A stretch of 44,853 nucleotides of DNA from an uncultured archaeon (GTDB lineage: Archaea > Aenigmatarchaeota > Aenigmatarchaeia > CG10238-14), in contig CAYMPD010000007.1 of NCBI GenBank assembly GCA_964392445.1, forward strand, positions 1 through 44,853, read 5' to 3'. The notes under the pieces were generated by a model. It searched no databases and was not told the DNA's origin. It saw only the letters and a list, made by a program, of their open reading frames with translations. Below, piece by piece: positions 35,946-44,853 of this stretch (the first letter of the stretch is position 1; each line of letters starts with the position of its first letter). Made by a program: the position numbers and the translations under genes.

Positions 35946-36497
35946 ATGGGAAAAATTTCTATCATCATAATCGGACTTGTCCTTATTCTTTGTCTTACTT
36001 TTATTATTTTGTATATTCAAATACCGTCAAGAAAAATATCGCCTTCAATATCAAATAAAACAAATGATAAAACCAGCACTATTTCGACTGACAATACAAT
36101 AAATTACCCCAAATTCTCGGGGACCGATATTTCTATGTATCCCTTAGATTTTGAAAAGGAAAATGTTTACAAAACTAACCTGGAAAAAGAAGGAATAAAT
36201 CTACCTGAGTTTTGTATTAATATGGAAAAGACAATTCAATTATCTGCAATATACATGAAAAGAACGGGGTATAATTTAGATAATTATGCATTGTATTATA
36301 GTTCTGCAGGAAGTCATGGTGAAAGTTGGAGGTGGTTAGTAAACTTTGGAATTTCCAAAAAGGTATGGAATGTTCGTTACAAAAAGAAGGTAGATACTAA
36401 AGATGTAAATGCTATAGTTCATGCAGAAGAGTGTTCTGTTGGTATAAACTGTGATGGTAGTCTTTACAAACAAATTTATTGCAGCGTACCGGAATAG
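35946..36497 (+). CDS. Secreted/membrane-anchored hypothetical protein
   Basis: N-terminal hydrophobic helix, S/T-rich linker, Cys residues. Confidence 0.7.
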   Translation: MGKISIIIIGLVLILCLTFIILYIQIPSRKISPSISNKTNDKTSTISTDNTINYPKFSGTDISMYPLDFEKENVYKTNLEKEGINLPEFCINMEKTIQLSAIYMKRTGYNLDNYALYYSSAGSHGESWRWLVNFGISKKVWNVRYKKKVDTKDVNAIVHAEECSVGINCDGSLYKQIYCSVPE

Positions 36498-36504
36498 TAT
36501 AAAT

Positions 36505-37260
36505 ATGAACAGGAAAACAATAAAAATTTCTATTATTATTTTGAGTATAGTGATTAGTATCTCTCTTACCCTAAATAATAGAGACTTTCAGCAAGTGGTC
36601 CAAAAGATCCTTTTTCCAACAATTCAAACTACAAAAAATTTTGATCTTCAAGGTAGACACTATCAAGCTAAAATAGATAAAGAATGTTTACCTACCAATC
36701 CAGAAGGTTGTAGAAACCCTGGTTATTTTTCTTTTCATAGTGAAAATGGGAAACCAAAAGTTCAATTTTCACTACCGGGGAGCGATATAATCCAATCAAA
36801 TAGCTATACTCAAATCAGACAAAAAGTAAAAATTAACAGTATTCATGATGAAGTGATCTACATAACAATTAGTCCTGATGGTCAAGAATTAAGAGAAGAT
36901 AAAACTAATACAGTTTATTATCTGGAAGAAGATACTGATAATCTTCCCCCTGAAAATACTTATGACCCCAATGATCCTCTCAGCCGTCCTTATCCTCTAG
37001 ATTCGGATATTTCTCAACAAAATCTTGATACTTGTCAAATGGATATTGATTGTGTTCCCTTCCCCTCATGCCACTCTGAAATTTGTATAAATAAAAATTA
37101 CTTAAGTCATTATCCAAACAAAAGTACTTACAGTTGCACCGAAATATTTACACCTTGCGAAGCTACTTCAGCTGAATGTATCTGTGAAAATAATAAATGT
37201 GTTAATAGTCGTCTAGAAACAATAGTTTGTAGAGATTGGAAAGACAGGTTAAATGAATGA
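36505..37260 (+). CDS. Secreted protein with C-terminal cysteine-cluster domain
   Basis: Start reassigned to MNRKTIK; CQMDIDCVPFPSCHSEIC...CTEIFTPC...CICENNKC. Confidence 0.7.
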   Translation: MNRKTIKISIIILSIVISISLTLNNRDFQQVVQKILFPTIQTTKNFDLQGRHYQAKIDKECLPTNPEGCRNPGYFSFHSENGKPKVQFSLPGSDIIQSNSYTQIRQKVKINSIHDEVIYITISPDGQELREDKTNTVYYLEEDTDNLPPENTYDPNDPLSRPYPLDSDISQQNLDTCQMDIDCVPFPSCHSEICINKNYLSHYPNKSTYSCTEIFTPCEATSAECICENNKCVNSRLETIVCRDWKDRLNE

Positions 37261-38204
37261 CTATAAACAAAAGAAATTCAATGATTTTATTGTTCGTTCT
37301 AGTGATTGTTCTTCTTTTCGTTTTTAATGTAGATTTATTTTCGCCCGTAAAAGCAGCATTAACACCAGTAATGGTTTACAAAACCCGAGGGGATTATTAC
37401 AATCATGTTCCAGTTTATTATTTATCTGAAGACGAGACGGAAGTAAGTGGTTTTGCATCACCTAAAGATATTTGCAAAGGAGGGAAATGTCCCCGACCAG
37501 TTCGATTGAATCAAGGTTATTTGGCGGGAGGACCTGGGTTTATTGGACCGGATTCGGCTTTTCTTAGACTAACTTATGAAGAATATAGTCAACAAAATAA
37601 ATGGCCTTATGAGATGCTTCCAGATGGAATTTTAGACACTGATCCCTTTTTAGAACTTTACGATTGCAGTAATATAGTTCATATTGCCACTGTAATCGGT
37701 CCAGAAGATGAAGGGGAAATTGAGCAACTCAATGAATTAATTGAACATGGGTATTTGAAAAATTGTAAGCAATACATTGTTGGTGGTGAAAAAGTTAAGG
37801 AAATCAATTTTGAAATACCTAATCCTGCAGATACGGAAAGCAATCTAACATCTTGGTTTACAATTAAATTTAGTTCTTTAATAGAAAAGATAAAGAATTT
37901 CATCTCTGGAATATTCACAGATTGTCCACTAGGACAAAAATATATAGATTACAATAGACCAGATATCCCTTCGAGATGTTACACTCCAGCTCCAGATGCT
38001 GGAAAAGCTTGTTATCGATCGGCTGATTGTAGTAGCAAACACTGTATGGGTGATCAAAACGATTCGATAATTAAAAACTGTGATTTAAAACCTAATCAAG
38101 AAAATTATTGCCCTGGTGTATCTGGTATTTGCGGCGATGGAAGTGAAATAGGAGGGATTCGAATAGTCAGAAAAGATTATGTAGTCTGGAACCGTATTGA
38201 TTGA
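37257..38204 (+). CDS. Secreted two-domain protein with Cys-rich C-terminus
   Basis: Signal/TM segment; VMVYKTRGDY...VPV...AFLRLTYEEYS...DPFLELYDC domain; CYRSADCSSKHC. Confidence 0.7.
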   Translation: MTINKRNSMILLFVLVIVLLFVFNVDLFSPVKAALTPVMVYKTRGDYYNHVPVYYLSEDETEVSGFASPKDICKGGKCPRPVRLNQGYLAGGPGFIGPDSAFLRLTYEEYSQQNKWPYEMLPDGILDTDPFLELYDCSNIVHIATVIGPEDEGEIEQLNELIEHGYLKNCKQYIVGGEKVKEINFEIPNPADTESNLTSWFTIKFSSLIEKIKNFISGIFTDCPLGQKYIDYNRPDIPSRCYTPAPDAGKACYRSADCSSKHCMGDQNDSIIKNCDLKPNQENYCPGVSGICGDGSEIGGIRIVRKDYVVWNRID

Positions 38205-38248
38205 ATTGGTAAATCATCACTTAATAACATGTTGATATTCTACTCATT

Positions 38249-38851
38249 TTACTTTCTACCCATCAACTTCTCAAAGATAAACTTCTTAAAACCAGTAATA
38301 TGACCTCTCCTATCCATCCACATAAGAACAATAAACCCAAGGGTCCCAAGAGTAATAGTAATTTCCAAACCAAGACCGATCCATTTGAGCACACCACCAG
38401 CAAAAGCACCCAATGATCCAAGTATCAACATTCGAGGAAAAGCACCAAGAACAGTAGCAATCAAATAATCTCTAAAACTTAGCGAAGTAACACCAGTGAT
38501 ATAACTGATCAAATCAAAAGGGATAACTGGGATTAATCTAGTAACAAATATTCCAACTTTACCATGCTCGATTACCCACTCATCCAAATTCTCAATCCAA
38601 TCATCACCTACCAATCTCTCAACTATCGGTCTCCCACCCTTCCTGGCAATCCAAAAAGCGAGAATAGCACCAATAATAGTACCTATACCACCGAAAATAG
38701 TGATATCCAAGAGCTTGATCCCAATCGCGCCCGCAAAAACTATCATAGCCTCAGAAGGAATAGGAGCGATAATTGTTTGAATTATCATGACCACAAGAAG
38801 TCCCCAAGAACCATAAGTTTCAATGATTGGGATTAGTAGTTCTTCTAACAT
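38249..38851 (-). CDS. TVP38/TMEM64 (VTT/DedA) family membrane protein
   Basis: PIPSE...GAI.G; RLIPVIPFDLISYITG. Confidence 0.9.
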   Translation of the reverse strand: MLEELLIPIIETYGSWGLLVVMIIQTIIAPIPSEAMIVFAGAIGIKLLDITIFGGIGTIIGAILAFWIARKGGRPIVERLVGDDWIENLDEWVIEHGKVGIFVTRLIPVIPFDLISYITGVTSLSFRDYLIATVLGAFPRMLILGSLGAFAGGVLKWIGLGLEITITLGTLGFIVLMWMDRRGHITGFKKFIFEKLMGRK

Positions 38852-38882
38852 CTATAATCTTACTCCTCCGAATTAAAATAAT

Positions 38883-38972
38883 TAGTCCCGAGCGGATTCG
38901 AACCGCCGTCTAGAGGTATTTCCCTTCTTTAAGTCCAGAACCTCTTATGCTTGACCACTACACCACGGGACT
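38883..38972 (-). tRNA. tRNA-Gln(CUG) with 17-nt intron at canonical 37/38 (38918-38934)
   Basis: A1-U72 acceptor stem AGTCCCG/CGGGACT, anticodon stem AGAGG/CCTCT, TTCGAAT loop; BHB with UUCU/GGAA central helix and CUU-AAAG-AAG intron hairpin; no encoded CCA. Confidence 0.95.
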
Positions 38973-39022
38973 TTAACAAGAAATATTAGGGGTTAAGAAT
39001 TAATTAATTTATCAATGCCTTT

Positions 39023-39286
39023 CTAAGAATCATTTTTCTCCCAATTATATTTTTGAGGGAGTATCTCAGTTATCGCCAAATAGATTGAAAGTCCAGCAAT
39101 AGCAACCCAGGTCTCCAAAGAATACAATCTACGCTTAAGAATTACTTCAACAGGGGTATTCAAAGCTTTTTTAAATAAAGGATATTTACCACCACCTATC
39201 ACAAAAAATACCATATAAAAACCATAAATTATCTGAAAGAAAAAATTGATGATTATGATTTTATGAATTATTTTCCATCTTTTCAT
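39023..39286 (-). CDS. Small membrane protein
   Basis: Two hydrophobic segments. Confidence 0.6.
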   Translation of the reverse strand: MKRWKIIHKIIIINFFFQIIYGFYMVFFVIGGGKYPLFKKALNTPVEVILKRRLYSLETWVAIAGLSIYLAITEILPQKYNWEKNDS

Positions 39287-39349
39287 CCTTAAAACCCAAA
39301 GACAATTACAAGTTAAGATTAATTAAGTTTATTTCATATAATCAGTCTC

Positions 39350-40537
39350 ATGCTTGGGATAAAATACCTGCTTACGGAGGTAAAAAAGGAAAAGGAATTA
39401 ATGAGAAGTAGTTTACTTATGTTTATTGCAATCGGACTTCAATCTTTCACAAGTTTTTTGGTAAATCTAATCCTCGCAAGAATATTTATCCCAGAATCGT
39501 TTGGAAACTTTAAAACAACACTATATCTAATCACCTTTTTCACTGCTTTAATAGGTTTTGGTGCCCCGATCACACTCACAAAGTACATTGCACAATTCAA
39601 AACAAAAGAAAAAGAAAAAATAGCTTATATGACAAGATGGTTTTTAAAATTAAGGTTAGGTTCCTTTTTTGTTCTTTCTGTTTTACTCCTGATTTTTCTG
39701 AAACCAGTAACCATTTATTTCCTACACGACCCTTCATTGAGTTATCTAATCCTGTTTGGGTTTTCGTTAATCTTCGCAAATATTTTTGCTATATTACCGT
39801 CCATGACTTTGGGTTATGAAAATTTCAAGCTTTATTTGACAAGTAGAATAGTAATGAGTTTAAGTTCTTTGGTTTTTGGTATAGGACTTGGATATTTATT
39901 CGGTGTCCCTTACGCCATCCTCGGGTCCGGTATATCTAACCTTTTAGCTAACTTAACATGCTTAAAATTCTTAATCAAAAAAGATAGTTTCAAAAAAAGA
40001 GATGGTGTTTTTGGTGTTAAAAAAATCTTTTTCAAGTTCTCTTTTCCCATGTATGTCCTCCAAATTCCAAGTTTTTTCGGTAATGCGATCGTTCCATTAT
40101 TGAGTTTATTTTTCCCCATGGAATTAATAGGTCAATATTCATTTTCCTTTATTTTTTATCTCGCAGGACTAGTTTTGCCCATGTCTCTAGCAAATACCTT
40201 ATTACCTAGAAATTCGAGACTTGTTGGACTTGAAAAGGATAAAAAAGCCAGTGAGAGTTTAAAAAAAGTTTTTGTAGCATATACTGTAATCGTTGTACTC
40301 GGGATTATAGGGGTCTTATTATTAGGAAGATTGTTCTTGATAATAATCGCCCCAGAATATTTACCAGGTCTTCTATTTTTCAAAGTTTTAGTATCACTCG
40401 GACTAATAATGGGTTATATAGTTATTTACAATTCTTATCTCACGGCAAGGGAAAAGATCGGTAAGGTTGCTATATTAACACTAATCCAGAATTTAGTTTT
40501 GTTCTTGGTTAGCTTCTTCTTGTTGAGTAGTGTTTAA
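39350..40537 (+). CDS. Oligosaccharide flippase (Wzx/MOP family)
   Basis: About 11-12 TM segments; LARIFIPESFG, GFGAPITLTKYIAQ, GQYS motifs. Confidence 0.82.
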   Translation: MLGIKYLLTEVKKEKELMRSSLLMFIAIGLQSFTSFLVNLILARIFIPESFGNFKTTLYLITFFTALIGFGAPITLTKYIAQFKTKEKEKIAYMTRWFLKLRLGSFFVLSVLLLIFLKPVTIYFLHDPSLSYLILFGFSLIFANIFAILPSMTLGYENFKLYLTSRIVMSLSSLVFGIGLGYLFGVPYAILGSGISNLLANLTCLKFLIKKDSFKKRDGVFGVKKIFFKFSFPMYVLQIPSFFGNAIVPLLSLFFPMELIGQYSFSFIFYLAGLVLPMSLANTLLPRNSRLVGLEKDKKASESLKKVFVAYTVIVVLGIIGVLLLGRLFLIIIAPEYLPGLLFFKVLVSLGLIMGYIVIYNSYLTAREKIGKVAILTLIQNLVLFLVSFFLLSSV

Positions 40538-42861
40538 ACGATTTCAGCATAAGCTGATCCTATTTCCTCGTAACCTCTAGACTCATAATTATCAGATAAA
40601 CTACTCAAGAAATTCTTCATAAATCTTTCCTTCTCAGAATCCCATTTTTCGTTAGATTTTAAAATTTCAATTATATCTTTCAATTCTACTAAATAGGCTT
40701 TAATTCTAGAGGGTTCTATCACATAAGGAAGCATATTCAAAAGCTGATAAAATCTAACTGTTGTCTGAAGATCATCTATCGTCTTTTTATCTACTTTAAC
40801 CTCTTTTTCTTTCACTTTTGTAATTAATTTATTGATAACAAAATTTTGCCCTTGGACCACTGAATTCAACTTATCTACTCGTTCCTTAAGCCCCACCATT
40901 TTTTCTGACTCTACTCTTCTTACTTTTTCCAAAACATCGTCCACGAGAATATTCTGCCTTTCAATCACAGATTTAAGCTTATTAAATTTTCCAGTTAATT
41001 CCATCAAATCTCTTTCCAAGATATAGATGTCTTCCACATCCCTTGAATCAACTTTATTTTTCAAAGATTCTTTAAGATTTTCCAAATCCTGTTGGAGTTC
41101 TCTTTCAAATAGTTCTCTTTCTTTGACCTTATCTGTTATCCTTGAAGTCCATGTTGCTAACTTACCTACTTTTTCCAATAATTCGTTTTGATCGGCTGGT
41201 CTAGATATTTTTTTACTTATTTTAAGAAGATCGTTCATGAATTTTTCTTTCTTTGGATTCCAAGATCCTAATTCTTTCATTTTCTTGATAATAGATTTCA
41301 TTTCTTCAGAATATTCTTTTAATTTGACCTTATCATCCAAAAACGGAAGTATATTTAACAGTTGATAGAATCGGAGTGAGAGATCAATATTATTTAATTC
41401 TTCTATGTTGATATCAGGTATACTCTTTACCCTTTCCATATTACCAATTATGTCGGATATAACATTGTTTTGTTTTTCAACTATTTTCTTTATTCTCGTC
41501 ATATTCGCTGGTATTTCTTTAAACTCGTTAATTCTAGAAAGCCCTTCTTCTAAATTCGATGTTACTTGGTCTAGATTTTTAAAGTTCTTTAATCTTCTTT
41601 CGATTTTTCTGAGTTCTTTTATATCTTCTTTTGTTGAGGACAATGACCCATTCAATTGAACTATTTTTTGTCTATTTTCTTTAATTTTTTGATAATCTTC
41701 TTCTAAAGTCTTCACAACTTTTTTCAGAGTTTTATAATCAACCAGATCTGTTAATTTTTTATTAATGTTTTCTATTCTCTTCTCAAAATTATTAATCTTT
41801 GATTTAACCTCCCCTACTTCTAATAATTTCTCGTCTAACTGAGTTTCTTTAAGAAGTTTACCTACTTCCTCAATCCTATTCCTGCTTTCTGAAATACTCT
41901 CTATCTCCTTTTTCATTTCCTCCTTGAAATCTTTGACTTCTTTTGTCTTTGCAAAATCCTTCATTTTTATACTTATTTCGTCCAACATCTGAGTAATTTC
42001 TGTGGTAAGTTCATCGACCCTTAGTATTTTTTCCTTCTGTTTTTGTAATTCGTTTACTTTATCTGTGACCTCCGAGAATATAGACTCTACTTTTGCGGCT
42101 GTCCTGTCAGAATATTTTTTAGTTTCTTCAATTGACCTAATTTTTTTATCTATTTTTTCAGAAATTTCAACAAGATTTTCAAAACTCTTAATTTTTTCCA
42201 TTATCTTTCTATAATTCTTACTTTCTTTTTCCAAAGCCTTAACAAGATTCTCAATTTTTTCAATCTTTACCCTGTTTTCCATAATTTCCTGTTCTTTCTT
42301 TTCAAATCCTTTCTTCACTCTTAAAGGTTCGACATCACCAACAACTTCTTTTATCTCTTCAAAACTTTTTTCAATTTTACCGAAGGACCTGTCAGTGTCC
42401 ATTATCATACTTCTTAGTTCTCCTATCTCCTCAGAAATTTGAGCTATCCTATCATTTAAATCATCCTTATACCCACTAACAACGTCCAACTTACCATCCA
42501 ACTTTTCTGTTTTTAGGACAAGATCTGTTAAGGAGGCAATTTCATCTTTAGATTCTTTTGATTTTACTTCTTCGGTTTTTTTCCCATCTTTTATTTTCTG
42601 TTTAGGAATTTCTTTCATAACCCCATATTTCTCTTTGAGCTCTTCCTCTTTCTTTTTACGTTCCTTTTCTTTTTTTTGTTCCTCTGATTCTTCCTTTGGT
42701 TCTTCTTTCTTTTTACTTTTCTTTTCTTCTGAGGCCTCTTCGACTTTCTCTTTTTTCTCTTTAGGTTTTTTCTTATTTTTCTTATCCATCTTCAATGCTC
42801 TCTCCCTCATCTCTTTAATTAATTTTTCTTTGATGCTTTTATTTGATATTTGCACCACCAC
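40534..42861 (-). CDS. Long coiled-coil protein with two copies of a ~55-aa domain
   Basis: E/K-rich heptads; RFYQLLN(I/M)LP repeat; start overlaps the upstream stop. Confidence 0.75.
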   Translation of the reverse strand: MVVQISNKSIKEKLIKEMRERALKMDKKNKKKPKEKKEKVEEASEEKKSKKKEEPKEESEEQKKEKERKKKEEELKEKYGVMKEIPKQKIKDGKKTEEVKSKESKDEIASLTDLVLKTEKLDGKLDVVSGYKDDLNDRIAQISEEIGELRSMIMDTDRSFGKIEKSFEEIKEVVGDVEPLRVKKGFEKKEQEIMENRVKIEKIENLVKALEKESKNYRKIMEKIKSFENLVEISEKIDKKIRSIEETKKYSDRTAAKVESIFSEVTDKVNELQKQKEKILRVDELTTEITQMLDEISIKMKDFAKTKEVKDFKEEMKKEIESISESRNRIEEVGKLLKETQLDEKLLEVGEVKSKINNFEKRIENINKKLTDLVDYKTLKKVVKTLEEDYQKIKENRQKIVQLNGSLSSTKEDIKELRKIERRLKNFKNLDQVTSNLEEGLSRINEFKEIPANMTRIKKIVEKQNNVISDIIGNMERVKSIPDINIEELNNIDLSLRFYQLLNILPFLDDKVKLKEYSEEMKSIIKKMKELGSWNPKKEKFMNDLLKISKKISRPADQNELLEKVGKLATWTSRITDKVKERELFERELQQDLENLKESLKNKVDSRDVEDIYILERDLMELTGKFNKLKSVIERQNILVDDVLEKVRRVESEKMVGLKERVDKLNSVVQGQNFVINKLITKVKEKEVKVDKKTIDDLQTTVRFYQLLNMLPYVIEPSRIKAYLVELKDIIEILKSNEKWDSEKERFMKNFLSSLSDNYESRGYEEIGSAYAEIV

Positions 42862-44853
42862 TATTTCTTCCCACTATCTAATGATTTAGTTAATGAGTCG
42901 ATATATATTTTCGCCATCCTAAATCTTCCTTTCTTTAATTTATCTTTAGCTAACTTCAATTCTACATTAAATCCAAACACATCCTTCCCTGATTCCTTTA
43001 TTTTTTCAATTCTACCCTCTATCTCATTTAACATCTTCTCATATTTCCTATACATCTCTAATTCTTTATCAGGTATCTTATGAGGTGAGTGATAAGTCGG
43101 TCTGAAAGACACAAAATAAGGTTTACCTTTGTTATATTTTGGATTTTGCATCATTCCTATTCCTACCTCTAATTGTGTTACTCTCTTAGCATAATCCTCT
43201 CCAAACTTCTTTTCTATCCTCTGTAAATCACCAAGAGATTTTGTATGTAACTGAACTTCTGTCATTACATTACCTTTTATTGCCTCTTTGAAGTCTGACA
43301 ATACCTGTGAAGCCATTATTAATCCAATACCCCACTTACGGAACTCACGACAAGCTTTTTCCAAAGCAACATAACCTCCTTTACCACCATACTTCTCAAG
43401 TAATCTGTGAACTTCATCCAATACTATAACCATTTGAAGACTAGTTGATTCTTCCCATCCTTGCTCAAATATAGTATCAACAATGTTTCCAACGGCTTTA
43501 TCATACTCTCCAGGTTTTAGCTTATTTAAAGTAAAAATAGTTATTTCACCGGGGTTCATGTATTTCTTGAAATCAATCTTAACATTGGGGTCTTTTACTT
43601 CGTATATCATTCCTTTGTAAGGTTTCACTTCTCTAAGACCCATTCCAAATTTTTTATAATATTTCAAAAGATCATTATCTTTACACGGTCTAACAAATCC
43701 CGTCCACTGGGCGGTAGGATCAAACACGACCACAGGTATTTTCTTTTCCAACAATTCTTCCACAAAAACCATCGCCGAAACCGATTTACCCGAGCCTGTA
43801 GCTCCAGCCGTTAATACATGGGTCCTTAATTCTTTCATTTCAAAGGTAGCTTTTTTATCCATCTCCGCGATTTCTCCCAGCCATAATTCTCCCTTTGGTA
43901 AATTTTTGGGGTCAACCGGGAATATATACCTCCTTTTAGATGCTCTCCAATCTTTGTACAATTTCCTTACATAATAACCACCCAGTACAAGGCATATCAC
44001 TATAACTATTATAAAAATAACTCTAACCCTCCCCGAGGTCCAAAATGGTTTGACTACCCTAAAGGTATCAGCCGATGATATTGTCTCCCCCTGAAAACTT
44101 ATTTCAACTTCATAGGAATAATCACCAAGTGTTGCATTTTCAGGTATATGAATATTTTTAATCAAAGGTAAAGAAGCTTCTATTTCTCTACTCTCTTTCT
44201 CTTTGAATATTATATCCCCTGATTCTAACTGTTTTGAAATATAATTTAAAGTTACGTTAACTTTCTTTCTGTATCCTACATTATAAACTAAAACATGAAA
44301 AACAGCCGTATCATTTGGATGGACTTTTTTTGTCAATGATTCTACAACAACATCCAGATATAATGTCCCTGGGAAAGGTACTGTTATTGTTACTGGGACC
44401 CTTTGTGTATACCCTTCGGCCTTGACAACTATTTCACCTGTATAAACTGCCGGATCTGTGCTTCTAGGTATTGTAACATAAATTGGTATCATTTTTTCTT
44501 CATCAACATCCAATTGTACAAAATTTTCATCAATTGCTAAGTAATGGAAAATTGAACCACTGAAATGTATGGATGCGTTTAGTTTTTTATTATGTGTGTT
44601 CTTTATCCAAATAGCATATATATCCGATCTACCAGCTTCCATCTGAACATCTGTTAAATTAGTTTTGATATTAAAAGGTGGTCTCTCAGCCTTACCACAA
44701 TCTTCTGGACAATTATCAACATTCTCGGTTGCTTCACATATACCATTACCACATTCAGCAGATGTCCCACCTCCACCCCCACCTCCACCTCCAGAACCAC
44801 CTCCTCCATCACCATCATCCCCACTCCCGCCCCATGAAGGGCAATATTCAGCA
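42861..44853 (-). CDS. Surface protein-TM-HerA/DUF87-like ATPase fusion, 5' end beyond window
   Basis: Frame open from 44852 (AEYCPSWGGSGDDGDGGGG...CGNGICE..ENVDNCPEDC); Ig-like beta-rich domains; TM IFIIVIVICLVLGGYYV; Walker A GATGSGKS; Walker B IVLDEVH; RKWGIGLIMASQ. Confidence 0.88.
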   Translation of the reverse strand, partial: AEYCPSWGGSGDDGDGGGGSGGGGGGGGGTSAECGNGICEATENVDNCPEDCGKAERPPFNIKTNLTDVQMEAGRSDIYAIWIKNTHNKKLNASIHFSGSIFHYLAIDENFVQLDVDEEKMIPIYVTIPRSTDPAVYTGEIVVKAEGYTQRVPVTITVPFPGTLYLDVVVESLTKKVHPNDTAVFHVLVYNVGYRKKVNVTLNYISKQLESGDIIFKEKESREIEASLPLIKNIHIPENATLGDYSYEVEISFQGETISSADTFRVVKPFWTSGRVRVIFIIVIVICLVLGGYYVRKLYKDWRASKRRYIFPVDPKNLPKGELWLGEIAEMDKKATFEMKELRTHVLTAGATGSGKSVSAMVFVEELLEKKIPVVVFDPTAQWTGFVRPCKDNDLLKYYKKFGMGLREVKPYKGMIYEVKDPNVKIDFKKYMNPGEITIFTLNKLKPGEYDKAVGNIVDTIFEQGWEESTSLQMVIVLDEVHRLLEKYGGKGGYVALEKACREFRKWGIGLIMASQVLSDFKEAIKGNVMTEVQLHTKSLGDLQRIEKKFGEDYAKRVTQLEVGIGMMQNPKYNKGKPYFVSFRPTYHSPHKIPDKELEMYRKYEKMLNEIEGRIEKIKESGKDVFGFNVELKLAKDKLKKGRFRMAKIYIDSLTKSLDSGKK

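Noticed and set aside
3321-43083. Numerous 60-150-aa antisense ORFs rich in F/S/L/I
   Set aside because: Typical reverse-complement shadows of E/K-rich genes in AT-rich DNA; no RBS or motif support.

Overview
AT-rich archaeal chromosome segment, most likely DPANN (inference from a fused PriS-PriL primase, the GINS-rpL44e-rpS27e cluster, rpS17e, an archaeal-type tRNA-Gln with a BHB intron and GGTGA-type ribosome-binding sites). Host backbone, left (1-10292): a Cys-rich secreted protein, informational genes, an unannotated C/D-box sRNA, porC/porD/porA and a YdjM-like hydrolase. Host backbone, right (34044-44853): ADP-forming acetate-CoA ligase beta subunit, four secreted proteins, a VTT/DedA protein, tRNA-Gln(CUG), a flippase, a coiled-coil protein and a surface protein fused to a HerA-like ATPase. 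Between them is a 23,767-bp integrated element (10277-34043) bounded by an exact 15-bp direct repeat (TTTTCCAAGATGGCA) that lies in the first codons of the hydrolase gene. It encodes a tyrosine integrase, a divergent regulator/early operon, and TerS plus TerL plus an apparently inactive copy of the TerL nuclease domain, with no recognisable portal or capsid. Its cargo is an N-terminal-Thr (Ntn-like) protease with a small partner, a tightly coupled six-gene radical SAM/Nudix/nucleotidyltransferase operon, a Cas4-like nuclease, a type IIG R-M enzyme with a PLD-SNF2 helicase, a RecB-like nuclease and a PIN/AbrB pair. The strongest candidates for an undescribed system are the radical SAM-nucleotide operon and the capsid-less packaging module. 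All family assignments come from motif recognition by eye; no searches were run.
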